DNA of 64,000 bases from Phoronis australis (Eukaryota > Animalia > Phoronida). This document shows, in pieces, positions 62,953-64,000 of the stretch. Position 1 is the first letter of the stretch; every line of letters begins with the position of its first letter. Position numbers and translations under genes: made by a program. The stretch is taken from positions 1 through 64,000 of the forward strand of contig NMRA01001017.1 in assembly GCA_002633005.1 (NCBI GenBank), in the 5' to 3' direction. The notes beneath the pieces were generated by a model. That model did no database searches. It was given only the letters and a program-made list of their open reading frames with translations, and had not been told where the DNA came from.

Positions 62953-64000
62953 GTAAGTTTATCGTTGGTACCAGCACAGTAATGTCTGAATTCAAGATTT
63001 ACATGGGTCGCTACCATGGCAACCATGTTGTTGATAGAGATTCACTGAATTAAACCAATGACTTGATGACTATGTTTGTACCATCTATTGCTCTCATGGA
63101 ACATTCCTCCCATGCTCTCTTTATGCGAAAAACAGACTTCAATGACCATTCACCACACACTAGGTAAGACTTGTTACCCTGAGTGACTCAATGCTGCCAA
63201 TCCCACTACTTCACGTCATATCGTCATTCACTCTGTACCCTGTGATTGACAGCTGTCAGACTTGCATCTACTGTCAGTACTAGTACCGATTATTGGTTCT
63301 CTGTTGAAATGTACTTTGCTGTGCTGTACTGAGCAATGTTTTACTATATTGTACTGTTTGGTTGTCTAATATACTGTTCTGTACTTAAGGACACTGCAAT
63401 GAACTGTTACCATTCTGCACTGCAGTGCCCTACACCCATAGTTGATGTGATTCCATATCAGGATGATGAGTCATCATTCAAAGCATCATTTATGTAAATC
63501 TCTTTTGATCATTCTCTTGTCATTGTTCAATGATAAATATCACAAATAATAATAAACCTTTCATGAAAAATTAAATAAACCTTTATTAAGAATTCTTATC
63601 ATACCATTCATAATGTACCACGATCAACCAAAATTACCTGTGAACTGTTTGGTACAGTACAGGTCATGAGTATTTGGTCTAACGGAAAGTGATGCGGCTG
63701 TCGCACATCTGGAGGTTGGTAAGGGGTGGCTAGCTAATCGGTGAAGAAGATCGTTCATCAGCAGTTCAGAGTTGCTCCTCTGCTATCCTCTAGACATGTG
63801 AGGATCGCCTGTTAGCATATTCATGAACTGTACTGTACTTTGATTTACCCGGTATACTGTATTGCACTTTGATGTGTTCTGTACGCTTCTGAGTTTTGAT
63901 GTACTGTTAAATAACGCTCGTGCGGCCTCTGTTGCTGTGCTGTTCTCATGACAACTGAACACACTGCACTTCTGATCAGCAGTTTTGTGTCTTGACTATT

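Noticed and set aside
63460-63540. ATGATGA box-C-like motif in an RPAP2 intron
   Set aside because: No suitably placed box D or terminal stem, so it is not supportable as a snoRNA.

Overview
AT-rich animal (invertebrate-like) genomic DNA with spliceosomal introns. No prokaryotic features are present. Exons were reconstructed by hand from splice sites and phase continuity. The genes are: the last four coding exons of a P5A ATPase (ATP13A1, +); an intact single-coding-exon RING/B-box/coiled-coil/NHL-type TRIM gene (+) followed by its decayed tandem paralog; a 549-aa coiled-coil plus 9-zinc-finger gene (+); a complete 11-exon cap2 methyltransferase CMTR2 (-); and, head-to-head with it, the first three coding exons of RPAP2 (+). 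The rest is dense in non-autonomous transposons (Helentron/HINE-like, Kolobok-like THAP remnant, hAT, 5-bp-TSD and Harbinger MITEs), tRNA-derived SINEs, a CR1/L2-type LINE fragment and minisatellites. Two local duplications join at single-N positions and may be uncollapsed haplotypes. I see no clear new biological system. The best leads are the DPR-motif tail of the zinc-finger protein, a transposon-borne phased array of CTCF-like motifs, loop-focused divergence between the TRIM paralogs, and the CMTR2/RPAP2 bidirectional pair. All family assignments come from motif recognition, not database searches.
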